Below, piece by piece: positions 63,671 through 64,000 of a stretch of DNA of 64,000 nucleotides. The stretch lies in assembly GCA_041740355.1 (NCBI GenBank), contig JBGSMD010000038.1, forward strand, positions 96,001 through 160,000, read 5' to 3'. The notes under the pieces are model-generated. The model was not told the DNA's origin, did no database searches, and saw only the letters and a program-made list of their open reading frames with translations. Numbering within the stretch: the stretch's first letter is position 1; each line of letters begins with the position of its first letter. The position numbers were made by a program, and so were the translations under genes. Source of the DNA: Bdellovibrionota bacterium (GTDB lineage Bacteria > Bdellovibrionota_C > UBA2361 > CALJRW01).

Positions 63671-64000
63671 TTATAAACTAGAAAATAAATACGGTAATTC
63701 CTGTCTTTTTTTAGCGATCAAATGCTCATTATAAAGTAGGCCTTTTGTTTGATCCCAATTGCCGGTAGTAAAAGCGGACTGCAGTCCGGGGTCAAGGAAA
63801 TATGAAAATAGGTTTTCCGCGATAGATAATTTGCCCACAGTTAAATCTAAACTAATACCTGCAGTTGGATTTTGAAGGATAATATTTTGAATCTGTTCGG
63901 CAAGTTCAGGATTTACCGTTAAGCAGGGAAGTCCAATTGAATAGCAATTTGAAAAAAATATTTCAGAAAAAGAAACGCCAATAATGCAGTCTATGCCCCA
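63671..64000 (-). CDS. leuD: 3' part of 3-isopropylmalate dehydratase small subunit (runs off the window end)
   Basis: WGIDCIIGVSFSEIFFSNCYSIGLPC...GNWD...LPY to TAA at 63673-63671. Confidence 0.85.
   Translation of the reverse strand, partial: WGIDCIIGVSFSEIFFSNCYSIGLPCLTVNPELAEQIQNIILQNPTAGISLDLTVGKLSIAENLFSYFLDPGLQSAFTTGNWDQTKGLLYNEHLIAKKRQELPYLFSSL

Overview
AT-rich bacterial chromosome segment. The PilP and RNA polymerase sequences suggest a deltaproteobacterium-like lineage such as Bdellovibrionota (inference only). About half the window is core information-processing genes: secE-nusG-rplKAJL-rpoBC, rpsL-rpsG-fusA-tuf and the S10-spc ribosomal protein cluster from rpsJ to rplO, which ends in a terminator with no secY. 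The rest is accessory: (i) comM, a GspG-like/PilP fusion, asnS and four tRNAs (Pro, Thr, Tyr, Gly); (ii) a ~10 kb island between the tRNA cluster and secE with two GT-C glycosyltransferases, umuDC, an epimerase and a GT2/adenylating-enzyme fusion; (iii) an ~11.6 kb insert between rpoC and rpsL with glutamine synthetase, stress genes, two pseudogenes, a Ser/Thr kinase and two MITE-like elements; (iv) a tail with a GIY-YIG remnant, a SEC-C protein, an AAA/DUF4143 ATPase, phosphoesterases and partial leuD. Best leads: two families of dispersed structured repeats with compensatory base changes, an unannotated ~375-nt multi-stem element, hairpin-packed tRNA spacers, an EF-Tu with a replaced switch I loop alongside other substitutions at conserved translation sites, the PilP fusion and the GT2-ligase surface-modification cluster. 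All structures and homologies were read by eye; nothing was computed or searched.
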